Source: Vicugna vicugna (lineage: Eukaryota). From it: DNA of 64,000 nt. The notes beneath the pieces are model-generated. The model had not been told where the DNA came from and did not search any database. It saw only the letters and a list, made by a program, of their open reading frames with translations. Positions 1 to 13,730 of this stretch are shown here, in pieces. Numbering within the stretch: the stretch's first letter is position 1; each line of letters begins with the position of its first letter. Location of the stretch: assembly GCA_013265495.1 (NCBI GenBank), contig MU058384.1:5018792-5082791 (forward strand), in the 5' to 3' direction. A program made the position numbers and the translations under genes.

Positions 1-60
1 TGGAGGAGTGTTCCCTTTCCTCCACAGCCTCTCCAGCATTTGCCATTTGTGGACTTTTGA
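1..60 (-). mobile_element. L1 fragment (ORF2 3' region), truncated by window edge
   Basis: ttccctttcctccacagcctctccagcatttg is typical antisense L1 and resembles 47662-47700. Confidence 0.7.
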
Positions 61-1089
61 AAGATTAACCCAACAGACATGTTAAAGTACAGTCCACATG
101 GCACCAAACACTTACTCATCTTGTTTCATTGGCTCTAAATATGATGTTCTTATAAAATTAAACAAACAAACAAAAAACTCTTAGTGATTGATAGAATTCT
201 TCATTTTTGATTCAGACAGAATTCTTCATTTTTGATTCAGACATTTTGGTTTTACTTAGAGCCTAAGCTTTAGCTAGATACAATAAGAATCCACTAGTAT
301 ATACATTTTCCCCAATTATTATTTGGTGGTTACATGTGTTTATCACATGAGGAAAAAAAAACTTCATGAAAGATATAGAGAAGTCCACGAAGAATCTGCT
401 TTATCTCAAAGAGCACACATTCACAGAAAAATAAGTTTTTCAAAGCTGTGTGTGTTGAAGTGAATGGAAGAGAGATTAAGATCCTTGTTTAGTCAGAAAA
501 AAGAGCTTTTCACCTGACTCACAGTCAAAAACAATCCTCAACCTTTTTTACTTATGTGTCTTTATAAATTCAACCCTGAAGAACTCGGAAAAAATCTTTA
601 AATTTTTGATAATTGGTTGTTAGTAGTAACAATGTCATTAAGTATTTTTACAATTATAAGCACTGGTAAGTTTTAATTCGGTTTTCTTTACAGATAATAA
701 TGAATTTAACAATGAATCTTTTATTTGCAAAGTAATGTGCATATGTGAGTTATGGGTATGTTGTTTTTCATAAGATTCTCCTTTGCTAGACAAATGCTCT
801 AACCCAAGCAGATAGCATGAAATTACCCTGGTTCTAGTAAAATACACACTTTGGAATATGTATCCCAAATGAAAAAATAGGAGACTTCTTTGAGCCTCAT
901 GTTGTTTGTGCCTCAATGCAAAAACACCACATTGCTTAGGACACTGAACAAGGAAGTCATATGAAAAGGCTAAAAATAAACAGTCTTCTAATTTTCCACT
1001 AAACTATCCTGGTTTAAGCCTAAGATTAATATGCAGTATCTTCTCTTAAGGAACTCTTGATGGTAAAGAATTAATATGAACAGTTTCCT

Positions 1090-1275
1090 TGATGTGCATT
1101 ATTTCATTAATTCTTTTAATGTTTTGAGGTAGATATTAGTGTCCCCATTCCACTGCTGAGGGGACCCCATTTCCAGAAGGGTAGGTTGTTGATTGTTCAA
1201 GGTTACCATGGCAGAGATGCTATTCAAACCTAGCTCTGTTTGACTCGCAAATCCATGCTTTTTTCCACTCTGCAT
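1090..1275 (-). mobile_element. MIR-like SINE remnant
   Basis: MIR core-like: gtccccattccactgctgagg...ggcagagatgctattcaaacctagctctgtttgactc. Confidence 0.55.
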
Positions 1276-4200
1276 TATTTTTTCTCCTCCTTATGTTCAA
1301 GTTGATGGAATAAAGTCACTCTGTCATCCCTAGATCCCGCAAAGTGTTGTTCACTGGCAAGACCTGAGGATAGCCTTACAATCACCCAGCTTGAGACTTT
1401 GCTAAAACCCCAATTCCGAGAACAAGGAGCACGGGATTAGGTACAGGAATGGTGAAAGAGGGTATCGGAGACCCACTCACAACACTGTCGTAAAACAGGT
1501 GCAAATGGAAGCTAGTTGAAAATTCCCACCAGGAAGCTGAAGAAAAGAGGCAGACGAAGAAGAGATGGAGGTGGGAGGTGGGTAGTGCAGAATAAAGGAG
1601 AGGAATGTGGCTCACAGGTGGAGAGGGGAAATGGTCAGAGAAGGAGAATGAATGAGGATTATCAGGAAGACACAAATAGGGCTTTGTGGTGAGAGGAGAG
1701 GGTGGAGGGCAAGGCAGAGATGAGACAGGGAAGAAACTTTGCCTAGAGAACAAAGAAAAGAATAAGCACAGTTTTATCTCCATTAGAAAAAGTGGAAGTT
1801 TGTCTTCTGTGACAGGTTGTTCCAACCCATTGTGTTGTGCTAAGATACTGCATTATCTCAACTGCTTGCCATTAGAAATGTGTAGATTCCTGGGGCCACT
1901 TTATAGCCAATGCTTAATAACGTACCTGAGCTTGTGAAATTTACTGTATGCAGTGATGAGATGAAAACAGTATATAGTTGTAGCCACCTAATTTCTCATC
2001 AGTTAGCCAGAATCTCTCCTATTTAAAAGAATATACAGAGATGAAAAATAATAATTTTACAAAGCAGAAATAACTCATCTCTTGGGACCAATTATATGTG
2101 ATTCATAGATTTCTTGGAGGTGAATTATAGTTTAAAATATAACATGTAGATTATTCACCAGGTTTTAACAATCCTGTTTAAGTAAAGTTTGTTGGAAACT
2201 TTGGTAACCTTCCTTAGACACCCACAGGTCATATGAGGTTCACAGCCGATTTTACGGAGGTTTGCAAACCTTTCAGCAATGATGAATTGTATTTCAGCTG
2301 AATTGCATGCAAACTTGGGCCAAGTTTTAAGGAAACACTGTGTAGTTCTTTCAGGTAGAAGCCAGGTGAAACTCAAAGAGTCCAAAGTGGGTTTTGCTTT
2401 GAGTTTCTTTGGGGTTCTGCTTGAACTTGACACTCAAAATGAAACTCAGGAGATCTGAACCTCTTGCAAACTCAGGCTAAAAGGGAGGTTTTTGGAAGCA
2501 AACTTGCATGTTGAAAATGCTGAGCTAACAGTGCTAATTGGTGCTTCAGTTTGCTTTGCCCAACCCTCTGAATAGAGTTTCATCTGGAAAAAGAAGGTTT
2601 CTATTAGCAGGTCTAGAGTTTAGTAAAGATTTGCAAGAGGACTTTGGTCTTGCTGACAGATTATCTGCAACAAGGACAGTGCACAAATTGCCATAATGCT
2701 AGACTAACAAGGACACTCCACAAACCAGCCTATTGAATGGATCAGACAAGTCCTTATATCACATCCTTAGACTGAGACTAGAGGTATCTCGGGGCAATTC
2801 AAATGAAAGTTGAGTGTATTACAAGCGTTACCTAGATAGTTGCTACTCTATAGATTTGACCACAGTGACATGAAAATATTGTTTTACTGGTGAGAATGAA
2901 TAACTGGAAAGAGAATCCTGTCTCCCCCACCCCAATTAAACATATCCATAAAGACCAATCTATGACAGTCCTTTAACATAAAGACACAGTAAGCCTTAGA
3001 TGAACCAATCTCCAAGACATTTTATAAGATATGTTCCTGATCTGATCAGGGGTTGGTGTTAGAGTAGAGGGGATTTAATTTACTTTTGGAAAATAAATCC
3101 AAATACTAAATTAAACTTAACAGAAATGAGGATTTTTTTTTTTTTGAGAAAGGAAACAGGTTGGCAGAATTTTGGCATACCAACAAAAGGAAATCACACA
3201 AAGAAAAGGATTAGTCAAAATAAAGATCAAATGGAGATCAAAAATAAATTGGCTTCAATCCAGGAAATATTTGTTGCATTTTACAAGCAGGTCTTTCCTT
3301 CCCTAGTGTGAAGAGCAGAGGAACCATCTGATCTTCCCCTAAAGGTCACCATGCACACCACATGCCAGTGCAGAATTGTCCCTCAGTCCCTGAGAAAGCC
3401 CAGCACAGGTGCAGTATTGGAAAGATATTCAAACCTCCTAGTCTTACAGCTATAAACAACATGAATGCAATGAATGTTGGTAAGCAGATTCTAAGGAAGT
3501 GATGTACCAGTATTCATACTTCAGAAATATTCACAAAGTGGGTGCTTTAACTGAATGAATGAACAGTATCTATCTTATCTATCTCTCATCTTTCTAGAGA
3601 GTAGACATTCTGGGAGATATTGAACTTTTTCAGACTTCAAAGGATATTGTTTGATGCATCATTCAAACCAACACCACCTAATCTGTGGGGCTCAGTTCAA
3701 ACTGAAAATGCAGAAAACCTTGTTGAAAATGAGGGAAAAATGCTGTTAAAAGTACTAAATATAAGTCTTTTCCCTTCTTTCTGGGGACTCTCCACTTACG
3801 GGTTTTTAAAATTTCCTATTTAATGCCATTTTTAAGTAAAGAAAATTAAAAATTGAAATCATCAGCATAAGTCTTGCTGCTCATTTTAATTTTGTGCCAG
3901 TCTTAAATGCAAATTTAAGAGCAATGACTGTGCATGCATAATTACTGAAATTGCACAATTTGTATTTTGTAGCTCATCTGAACACTTTTCAGTCTTACCA
4001 GAACAGTGGAAATTTCACAGAATTAACTCAACTGTTTTTATTTCTTTTCTTGATATGCACACATTCTACCAACACTCTCTACCTTCAGTTTACTGATGAA
4101 TAAGGAAGGGCTGGAAAAAAAAGGAACTAGAGAATTTATAGACGGCTTCCTGGAGAAGGTGACACCCAAAGATAGTAGGAGTAAACTATAGCCATGAGTT

Positions 4201-6199
4201 TCAGGATAAAATATCATTCTGATGAAGAGGGAGAATTACTATATAAGATTAAAAAGGCTTTAGCACATTGACGATTTTGTTTTTGGCTTATATTTCCTTG
4301 TTCTTGAGTCTTTTGGATTCCTTACAATCAATTGACACATTTTGTAAATGAGGTGTTCATATTCATCCTGAAAATCTGATTGTCTCCAGCAAACTTCAGT
4401 GTCATTCAGAAACTTCCATTATTCGGTTGCAGATTATAAACCCAATCTTGACTAAGCTATTCACACAAACATTCAACATGTGTTGGCAGTTCGAACACCT
4501 TTTCTAGAATTATGTCTAAAAAGAAATTCTATAACGAACACTAAATCCTAGATCCCATGAAGGAGTTAAAACGGGAAGTTTCTGGAAACTGAAATATTAA
4601 ATTGAAATGTGGCCTTCAGTGAAATCAATTCTGAGATCTTTGCAATAATATAATCATTCTACTGGTATAAGGAACTGATTGGGTCTACAATTTTAGGGAA
4701 CCACTAGCTTTAGTGTTTATTGTACTTATTAACTTTTTAAATGAAGAAATACAAATAAGATATTAGTATGTCCTTAAAAAGTGTTACATATTAATTTCTG
4801 AGTTTGAAATGCATTTACTCTGCAAGTTGTTTCACTATACTGCAAATAAACACATTCAGAACCTAAATTACACACACGTGCCCTCATTTTACTGGTGTAT
4901 GCAAGTAAATAGATACATAGATAAATCTACTTAAGGAGCTATTACAGAAGGATGGATAAGTTAGATGAATGTGAGCAGGAAGGGAAAAATATTATCAGGG
5001 TTCATATTGTAGTATCTCCTCAGTTTTGTAGCCTTGGACCGCTGGGACATACAAGGAGCTAATAAACTGGCTTAGCATGAAGTGATAAAGCTTTGAAATA
5101 CCCATTGGGGAAAAGTCTGCACAGAATCTGAAGAATTAATGGCCTATACTTTTTATTGAATGTGTGAGTCCAAGAGCCAGAGCAGAAAACACAGGTTTCC
5201 TTAACCATACAGTTAGAATTGAATAGATTATCTTTAAAAATCAAAATGGAAGAGAGAAGAGGAAAATGGAGGCTGGACAGCCAGCTGTGTGAAAGCACGC
5301 CCAAGATGGGGGCTCAAGTCCAGTCAGCACTACGCACTCCAGGGCCACACACATTCCCCTAAATCATAACCTCAGAGCTGTGCTTCATTAGTCATATGGA
5401 GAATCGCAGAAGAAAATGTGGGTTCGTTCGTGCACATGAAACGCTACTCCAGGAAAAAACAGCTCAAAGTGGGTGCCCTGGAGACCATGGTTCAGAAACG
5501 TTTTACACAAGGGAGAAACATTTATAAACAGCAAGTGCCATGTGCTTTTGAATTGTTTTAATGGTAGACGTGACTTTCCACTCTCATTCCATTTCCCTGG
5601 TGACCAAGCTACACAGAGCAATGACCACAAACCCTGTATTTAGTAGGTCTATACTTACTTGTTAAACAGGAATAAATTGCCCATTTAAATTTTTATTTCT
5701 TATGATCTAGATCTTACCTCAATTATCTGCCTTTTACCATTACAAGTCTGAAGAGGAATGAAGAGTTTAGTATGGACAGACGTTTTGGGGTTCAACTTCT
5801 GGGAGTATTTTGTGATCCTTTTTTCTTTTTGTAAGTTTCTCTGTGGAAAGGACAAGCCTTAAAAAGCAAATGGACTGACTTTGTGGTCTGTTTCTGTAGT
5901 CTTGCCAGGCAGTGTCTACTCATTTCTTCCCCGCCTGACCTAAATGCCACAGGCATAGGTGATAATGGCACAGGCATAGGTGACAGAGCAAGAAAAATGT
6001 TAATCAAGTTAATTTGAATCACTAAGGCCAAGGCTGCTCTTATTCCTGGACTTTTCACTAATGTATTTTTATAAATTTTAGAAAGTGGTAAAAATTGAGC
6101 AAATAAATGATCATGAAAATAGTTTGATCTTGTGGACCCTGAAAGGACCCAGACTGTACTTTGAGAGTCGTTACTGTGACAGTGATTATCTCCTAATTA

Positions 6200-7260
6200 A
6201 TTAATAGCTTTATAGATAGAATACTATATGCGTCATCTTTGCCTGGCTTGTTTTTCATTTAATGTATTCTAAAGATCTTTCCACATCAATGCAAGGAAAT
6301 GTTCTGCACTTGCTTTTATAATAGCCTACTATTCTGCCATCTGAATTTATCATCATTTATTTTAGTAGTTCTCTTTTGATAGACACTTGGGCTCCTTTTG
6401 CTTCCCTTAAAACTTTTCCTATAATAAACAATAACAATGAATAACCTCGTAAATACAGCGTTTTATGTACCACTAGGTGTCTGTGTAGGGGAAAACTGAA
6501 GAAATGAAATGCAAATTGCAGTTTGTCGGGTTAGGCCAGATCGCCATTCCTGGCATTTGCTCCATTCTGCATGCCTGCCCAAGTCACGTGGACAGGGACT
6601 TTCTTTCTAACTTGCTGTCAGGAGCTTTGTTAATCTAGTAGGTGAGCAGTATTATCTTAGAGCAGTTTAAATGTGCATTTCTCTTGTTATGAGTAAGACT
6701 GAACGTCTCTTCACATTCTAGGACCCTTTGTATTTCCTTTTCTGGGAACGGTAGGTTGTTTTTTAGATTCTTGATCTTTTTCTTTTCAATTTCTAGGATC
6801 TTTTAAAGGATTAGCGAAAGTATGTAGAGGTCTTTAAAGTACTGCTCCTGCTGTGAATTTCAAATGCTTTATCTCAGTTTGTCATTTGATTTTAGATTTG
6901 CTCATGCTGCCTTTTGCCATGTAGAACTTTCCCATTTTTATGTAGTCTAGTTTATCTGCCTTTTTCTTATCCTCAGTTTTTGCATCTTGAGACTTGGTTT
7001 AAAAAGGCTTTTTCTATCCTAGGGTTATAATGGAAAGTACTGAAATTTTCCTCTTGTACCTTTAGCTTCTTATATCATAGTTTACATTTAATCATTGGCA
7101 CATTTGTAGAGTACCTTTGTGTACAGTGTGAAAGATTAATACAGTTTAACATTTTTCTACTTTCTACCCACTTTTCACAGCCCTGTATATTGAAAAATGT
7201 CCATCTTTTCCAGGCTGAATTGAGAAGTAACCTCTATTATATAATAAATTCTTGAACATA
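6200..7260 (-). mobile_element. Old L1 (L1M/L1ME-type) fragment
   Basis: Degenerate antisense L1 motifs (tgcatttctcttgttatgagt; atgtagtctagtttatc). Boundaries approximate. Confidence 0.55.
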
Positions 7261-7929
7261 TTCGGTTCCAGTAGTATATGAAAAAAATTAAAATCTCATA
7301 AATTGGTAGGATATCGTCCAGCAATGCAAAAAGCACTTAACATTAGAAAATGTGTTTATGTAACTTATTAGATTAAAAGATCTTACACCCATGTTGATAA
7401 ATGTCAGTAGTAAGATCAAATTGACTGAGAAACCAGACAAAGACACCTCCTGATAAATCAAGAAAATTTAGTTATCTAGAAGCTACAGAAGGAAGTCTTT
7501 GCAATCAGGATACACAGTGAAGAGGCCAGCAGCATTCTCCAATAACAGACAGAGGACATTGGCAGATGTACAATTGCAGATAGGTAAGTCCAAATAAGTT
7601 AGAACCTCATGAGAACTCCTAGAAGTTTAACTGACACCCTCTAAGCTCAGCCTTACATTCCTGTGGCTGCAGCAATTTTCCTACAGACCAGAGTGAATAT
7701 TTGTGAGGGACCTGTCATCAGTGTTAGGTATATCATTGGTCTTGGTAGAATCCAGGACACACTAGACTACCTGACACAGTACAAGACAGTGTGGTTTATT
7801 TAGTCGAATTACCCTCCTTAGCCTCTTCAAGATACAGATCCTATTCCAATTATTTTCCTAAACTTAGAGCTACAGAAAAAGAAACAGTATCAGTTATAAA
7901 CTTCTTTAGTAGTAATGTTAACAACTTCT

Positions 7930-9030
7930 TAGCTGTTAAGACCCAAGCTATGATGAGAAAACAATATAATTATCTCAGCAGATGTAAAAAAAAATTTTTG
8001 TCAAAGAAAAACTCATAAAAATAGAAATCTTAATAAATTAGGACTTTATCAAGAACCTATAGCCAACATTCTTATGGTGAAATATTAGAAGAATTCTTAT
8101 AAAGATAAGAACTCCTGCTAAACAACTACCATTTAGTATGTATTGAAGGCCCTGAAAAATACACTCAGAAAAAGAAATTGAAAATATAAATATTAAACAT
8201 TTACTAAACACTGAGAAAAAGAAATTGAAAAAATAAATATTAAATATGATACCTAAAAAGGAAATTAAAAAAGAATTGATAGATAATCTTTAACATCTAA
8301 AAATGAGTCCATTAAGGTGGCAAGATACAAGATGAAGATACAAAAATAGTATTGTATATAATAGCAATAACTGATAAAGATATAAAAGGAAAAAAGCTTT
8401 GTTCATAATAGCAATAATAATGATAAATTATAAAGTACTTGATGATGATGATGATAATAATAATAAATTTGTGAGATCCATATGAAGAATACAATCAAAC
8501 TTTTCTTAAGGCTGCAAAAGAAGACTTGAAAAAATAAGCCATGTTCTTAGATGGGAAGAGTTAATATTGTTAAAAAATGTAATTCTAACGAAATTCACTT
8601 GTAAGTTTAACGCAATCCCAAATACAATATTACTAGAATTTTTAATGAAGTTTAATTTTAAAATTTCTCTGGAAGAAAATCTAAAATTCAAAGAGAAAAA
8701 TAAGCAAAAATATTTAATAAAGGATTAGGGGAAAATCACAATCACCAGAACTTGCATTACTATATATGAAAACCTAATGTTTTACTAATGAAAATAGTAT
8801 GATATTGGTGTTAAAGTAGACATAAAAGTCAATAGAAGAGAATAGCTGTCCCAGAAGTCAACCCTATTTGTATATGGATATAATATGGTAATTTAAATCT
8901 AAGGGGGAAGGTTTATAAATGTTATTGAAAAATTTTGCTAATGATTTGGGAAAAGTAAGGCTAGACATCCTTCCTCAACTCATAGACATAGACATACTCA
9001 AATTTCAGATGGAATAGGAGCTATGCATAA
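7930..9030 (+). mobile_element. Old L1 ORF2 fragment
   Basis: A-rich, degenerate L1 ORF2 motifs (catgttcttagatgggaagagttaatattgttaaaa; aatagtatgatattggtg). Boundaries approximate. Confidence 0.6.
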
Positions 9031-12000
9031 ACAGAAACAAACTAGGAAGTAGGAGTTGGTTGATTTCCAACTTGCTTAGTAATGAATTAAAATGGGAACA
9101 TAATAGGCCCTCAATGAATAAAGACTCTTTACTTTCTCCTTACAATGGCCAGCATGAGGTCATATCGTTTATATAAATATGTTCAGAAAAGGTGGTACCC
9201 TTGCTCATCATTTAAGTCATCTTTTACTGTCTCTAGCCTTGGGTCTAACCAGGAGCATCTCCTTATGGTAGGTTCTGTAATATATTTCTTATCTTGTTAA
9301 AAAAAAAAGCAATCGCTTAGAGACACAGCGCATTATGGATCAAGAATGCTCCTTTAGGATCAGATTTCTAGGATTCAGTCTGACTTTTTGTGCACGTCTC
9401 TTAGAGCTAGCGTGCCCATGTCTAGCATTTCAAAACAGCCTGAGTGCTTTCTGAAAAGAGTAGTAAATGTTTGTTGTAGTTAAATCAATGGTCAGTCCCA
9501 GACTGCTCTCCTAGTGGGATATTTTAATATTCAGAATGATCCTAAAGAATTTTCTTCAGCGTAAAAATAAAATGGACTAACCATGGGGTGAAAATAATCA
9601 TAGTAAAAGTAAAGCATTCATTTAGCTAAATGCTACTGGCTCTTTCTCTAAAGGCCCACATTATTTTAGCAGTTTTGAGTCATATTTTATGAGCACATTT
9701 ATCGATGCAGTTTCAATGTAATGAGCTTTCAACAGCTAAGTCTTGAAATTTTGCACAATTCTGTCCATACATACCAACTTTCATAAACTACTACGTGCGC
9801 TGATTCCATATGTGTTTATTTATTCCATATTTGCTTACTGTTGTTTGTAAACTTAATAGGCATCTATTGAGGGCATAAAAGGCGTTTTCTTTTCTTGTTT
9901 TTAGTATCTGGCCTTCCAAAGCAAGGAGTGCTGCATAAGTATATTGACGTTATCAAAACCCAACATATTCCCTAGGCAGACCTGCTCCCCTTAAATCAGC
10001 ATAGAACTCCATCATATCAACATTTCTGGTGATAGGTTTCTTAATCACTGTATGGGTGTTGTAAACACCTAATAGTATGAACCAAATACAATGCATATTG
10101 ATTATGAAGCAAAATTGGGAATCTTACAACAAAATTTATGAAAGCAATGATGGAAAACTTCCAATTTATAGGCAAAGCTATTGACAAATGAGGACATGGT
10201 AGAATTAGATCAATTAATAACCAAAGAAGAAATAATTGACAAGAATGATAGCATAATAGACATTGCAGAGAGACTTATTTACAAATCAATATATTAAGAG
10301 AGCACCTTGGGAAATTAAAGCTCTTGAATAATTTTCAGTGACTCTTACTATGATCATTTTGCAAAAATCATACAGGTAGTAAATGGTATACCTTGCTAGC
10401 CTGCATCTTCACCAGAAAAATTACCTTACAAAGAGCTCTTGATACATTCTTTGTTCTAATAATTACTGCAGCTATAGTGTTAACTTATATTCTGTTAAAT
10501 ATAAGAAGAAATAGTTTTATAATTTTTGGTTTTATTTTTCAAAATAAGATAAACCTTATTTTTTTGACTCTTTTATATAAGATTCACATTAAGCAAGGTT
10601 TTTCCAGGACAAATTATCTTCTGATAACGAAGACTTGTGTTCAGTAAGCCAGAAAAAACCATGAAGAACAAGTCGAGTAAGACATGGTCAGTATGCTAAA
10701 GAAGCTTACAGGTTAGTCAATAGTCAATATATATCATATTTTCTGGTTTTCTTATCTTATCTCTCAGGACATGCACACTATTTTGAAAAGGGAATCCATC
10801 ATGTTTTTCCCTAACCCCTTTTCCTCATTCCCAATAAAACTAGTAGCTCCAAGATGGTAAAGACAATGGGCAAAATGATTGCAAATTCGAGGTAGAATTT
10901 TCAGCATTTTATTAAACAAGCGCTGCTTATATTTTCTTGGTTGCATTATGTAACGATCTTATTTATTGGTCCTGCCATTTGATGGAAAGAAAATGTTTTA
11001 TTGCTGAGATTCTGCCCCAACAATGATATATACTCGGAGGGAAGTTGACTTTTCTGAGGAAGCTGTATTATGTTTGATTATGAAGAGTGTATTTGAAGAT
11101 TTTCTCTTTTATATTTCTTTGTTGAGTTCCTTTTTTATTCTAAAACTTGTTGGGGGAAAGAAACAGAGGCCTTTGTTACAGCATTAAAATAACCGAGCTT
11201 TTCATTGGTAAGAAGGAAAATAGAAGGAAAAATTCTGAATGTCTATGATATAAATGAGTTGTTACTTATACACACAGCTTAGCCAGGGCCGTTTCAGAAA
11301 TGAACTTCCTACAGTAAATGATTGTCAGTGCCTATTAAAATGTATTGCTAGCCAGGATTTTATTTTTTCATTAGTAGAAATTTTACCCTCTAAAAAGCTG
11401 TCAAGCCAGTATTTATTTTATTTCTCTCTCTGCTCTACCTTCATCTTAATATCTATGAAAATACAGGTAGATAGATGTATAGATAAAGTATATTCATAAT
11501 CTCTGTGTGTTATAACTGCAATTTATAAATAAGAAATTACACTTGCAGTCTCCCTCAAAAAATGATATGCAATTTGATCTTCAGTTAGGATCTCAATTTG
11601 AGGACGAGACAGGCACAACTGCTTTCTGTGCTAGGCCAAGTTTGCTAAAGTTAGCTAAACCAGAGAGATTTCAAAAGAAGCCTCACTGTGCCTTCTGTTA
11701 ATTTGGTGACCAGCTGGGTCCTAAATTCAGAAGGATCGTTCTCTTTCCTGGGTTTCGAGAGCACCTTGGGAAATTAAAGCTCTCGAGGCTTGGTATGCAA
11801 TCCAAATGTGATTTCTTAGTTATTCTGGGCAGAGGGAATTTTCTCCAAAGCCCACGTTTTGCAAACTTCTTGGGAGAGCACTGCCCTCCAAATATCTCCC
11901 TCTACAAACCCTAAACAAGCCACAGGCAAGGCCCCCTTCTCTCTCACTGCTATCGTCCTGGCTGCTCCAGTGCCCACATCGTTCCCTTCACCCCAAGTCT

Positions 12001-13134
12001 TAGAAGGGCCACCTGAGGTCCTCCAGTCCTGTTTCCAGACCCCAGTCGTGGCAGCTGCTCGGCATTACCACGAAGCTGTTGGGGGCTTCTCCTTTCTCCT
12101 TTGCCAAAAGTGCTGCCACCATTGCCCATCTTTACTAGGGACAAAACTGCCCTTTGTTATTGCCACAATGGAGGCTCTCTTTCAGTGGCGTACAGATGTT
12201 TCCTCTGCTTCTCTGTCTTTACTAGAATGATAAAGAACAGAAAACAAAAGATCTGGCTCAAGGGCTACACTTTAAACTTATCTGCTGTCTTCTCCCAGAT
12301 GCAACAGAGGACTGGAGTCAGTTTTTTCCATTTCTTCCATTCTGCCCCACGGAAATCCGAGGTTGCCAGGTTGTGGATCTTCTGGCCCAAGTGCTTCTGG
12401 TTCTTCCAGATCTACTTGTTCAATTGGAAGGAACAACAGGAGGAGCCCTGATTCTCTCTCCTGATTCCCCACCACCATTTTCAACAATCACAGTAGTTTA
12501 GTCTTATTGCGAAGGGGATATCATCTTACTCACTACGATGAACTTGGCTTCTGGTCTTAGCCTCCAGGGCACAAGCAAAGCCCTTGTGTGGCTTTTTAGG
12601 ATCAACTCGTACCTATGTTAATGTGCATTTTATGTCGTTACTTCTTCCCCCCCCCATATTAATGTCGATTTTACATAATCCATCAACGTTTATTGAATAT
12701 TTACTATGTATTAAGACCTACAGTGTATGTTTTATCGGCATGCTTTATGGTAGATATTCAAAGAAAAGAGAAGAAAAAGGAAAGGAAAGGAAAAATGAAA
12801 AACAGTGGTGATAGTGTTGGCCAGTGTCTTTCCCATTTTGCCTGTGCTCCTTCATATGTGCTCTCTCCCCGTGGCCACACCCCCACAGCAGCTTGTCCCA
12901 GATGGTACTGGGGCCTGGGGAGTAGGAACTACTCAAGTCTGAAAGGCTTTCTCAATGGATGGATGAATGGATGGGTAATCATGTGTTTACTTTACTATTT
13001 TTAGTGTTTTGTTTCTGAAGTCAGACTACAGGCAGCATGAACAGGCTAGGCAGCCTTTGGCCTACAGAGGTTGGTTACTCATTACTATTACAGGCTGAAA
13101 AACAGAAAAAATATGACCATCGATTTTGATCGAT

Positions 13135-13730
13135 CATATCACAGATCAAATCACTTCTTGGCTCAGAAGCCTCCACTTTCTCTTTGTCTCAAAACAAAAC
13201 ACAACACCACACAACAAAATAGGATGAAGTAAGTTCTCACTGTGCTCTACAGAGCCCACACAATTACTCCCATCTACTTTTCTGACTTCACCAGCTGCCA
13301 TCCTGTTCCTTACTCCCAACAATCTAGCTGGCACCACTGGTCTCCTTACTCACTCCTGAACATGCTGGTATTTTCTTATCTCAGGGTCTTTGCCCTTATT
13401 CTTGCCTCTGCCTGGATCTCCCTGCCCCCTAGATACCCAGTAGGCTTTCTCCCTCACTCACTAAGATCACTGCTCAAACATCACTTTACAGAGAGACTTT
13501 CCCCAATTAGTTTACAGAGAGACTTTCCCCAACCACCCTTTCTAAACTAGTTCCCCTTCCTACTCCCATAACCAGTTTTATTTTTTTTAATATTACTTAC
13601 GATCTTTTGTTATATGTTTGTTTATTGTCTATTTCCCTAATCCAAATACTTCATGAGTTTAGATGTTGTTTATGGCCTATATTCCGAGCACTTTAGTACT
13701 TAGGAGAAAGTAGACATTCAAGCAAAATAG
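13135..13730 (+). mobile_element. L2 LINE 3' remnant
   Basis: ctcagggtctttgcccttattcttgcctctgcctggatctccctgcccc...tgctcaaacatcact is typical of the L2 3' region. Confidence 0.6.

Noticed and set aside
1382..1937. 147-aa and 83-aa ORFs
   Set aside because: They arise from a purine-rich low-complexity stretch; no coding evidence.
11859..12487. Several overlapping ORFs in a GC-richer patch, a possible pseudogene fragment, and a CTCF-like motif near 12105-12128
   Set aside because: No recognisable protein similarity or splice structure, and the CTCF match is weak. A tBLASTx or motif scan would be needed.
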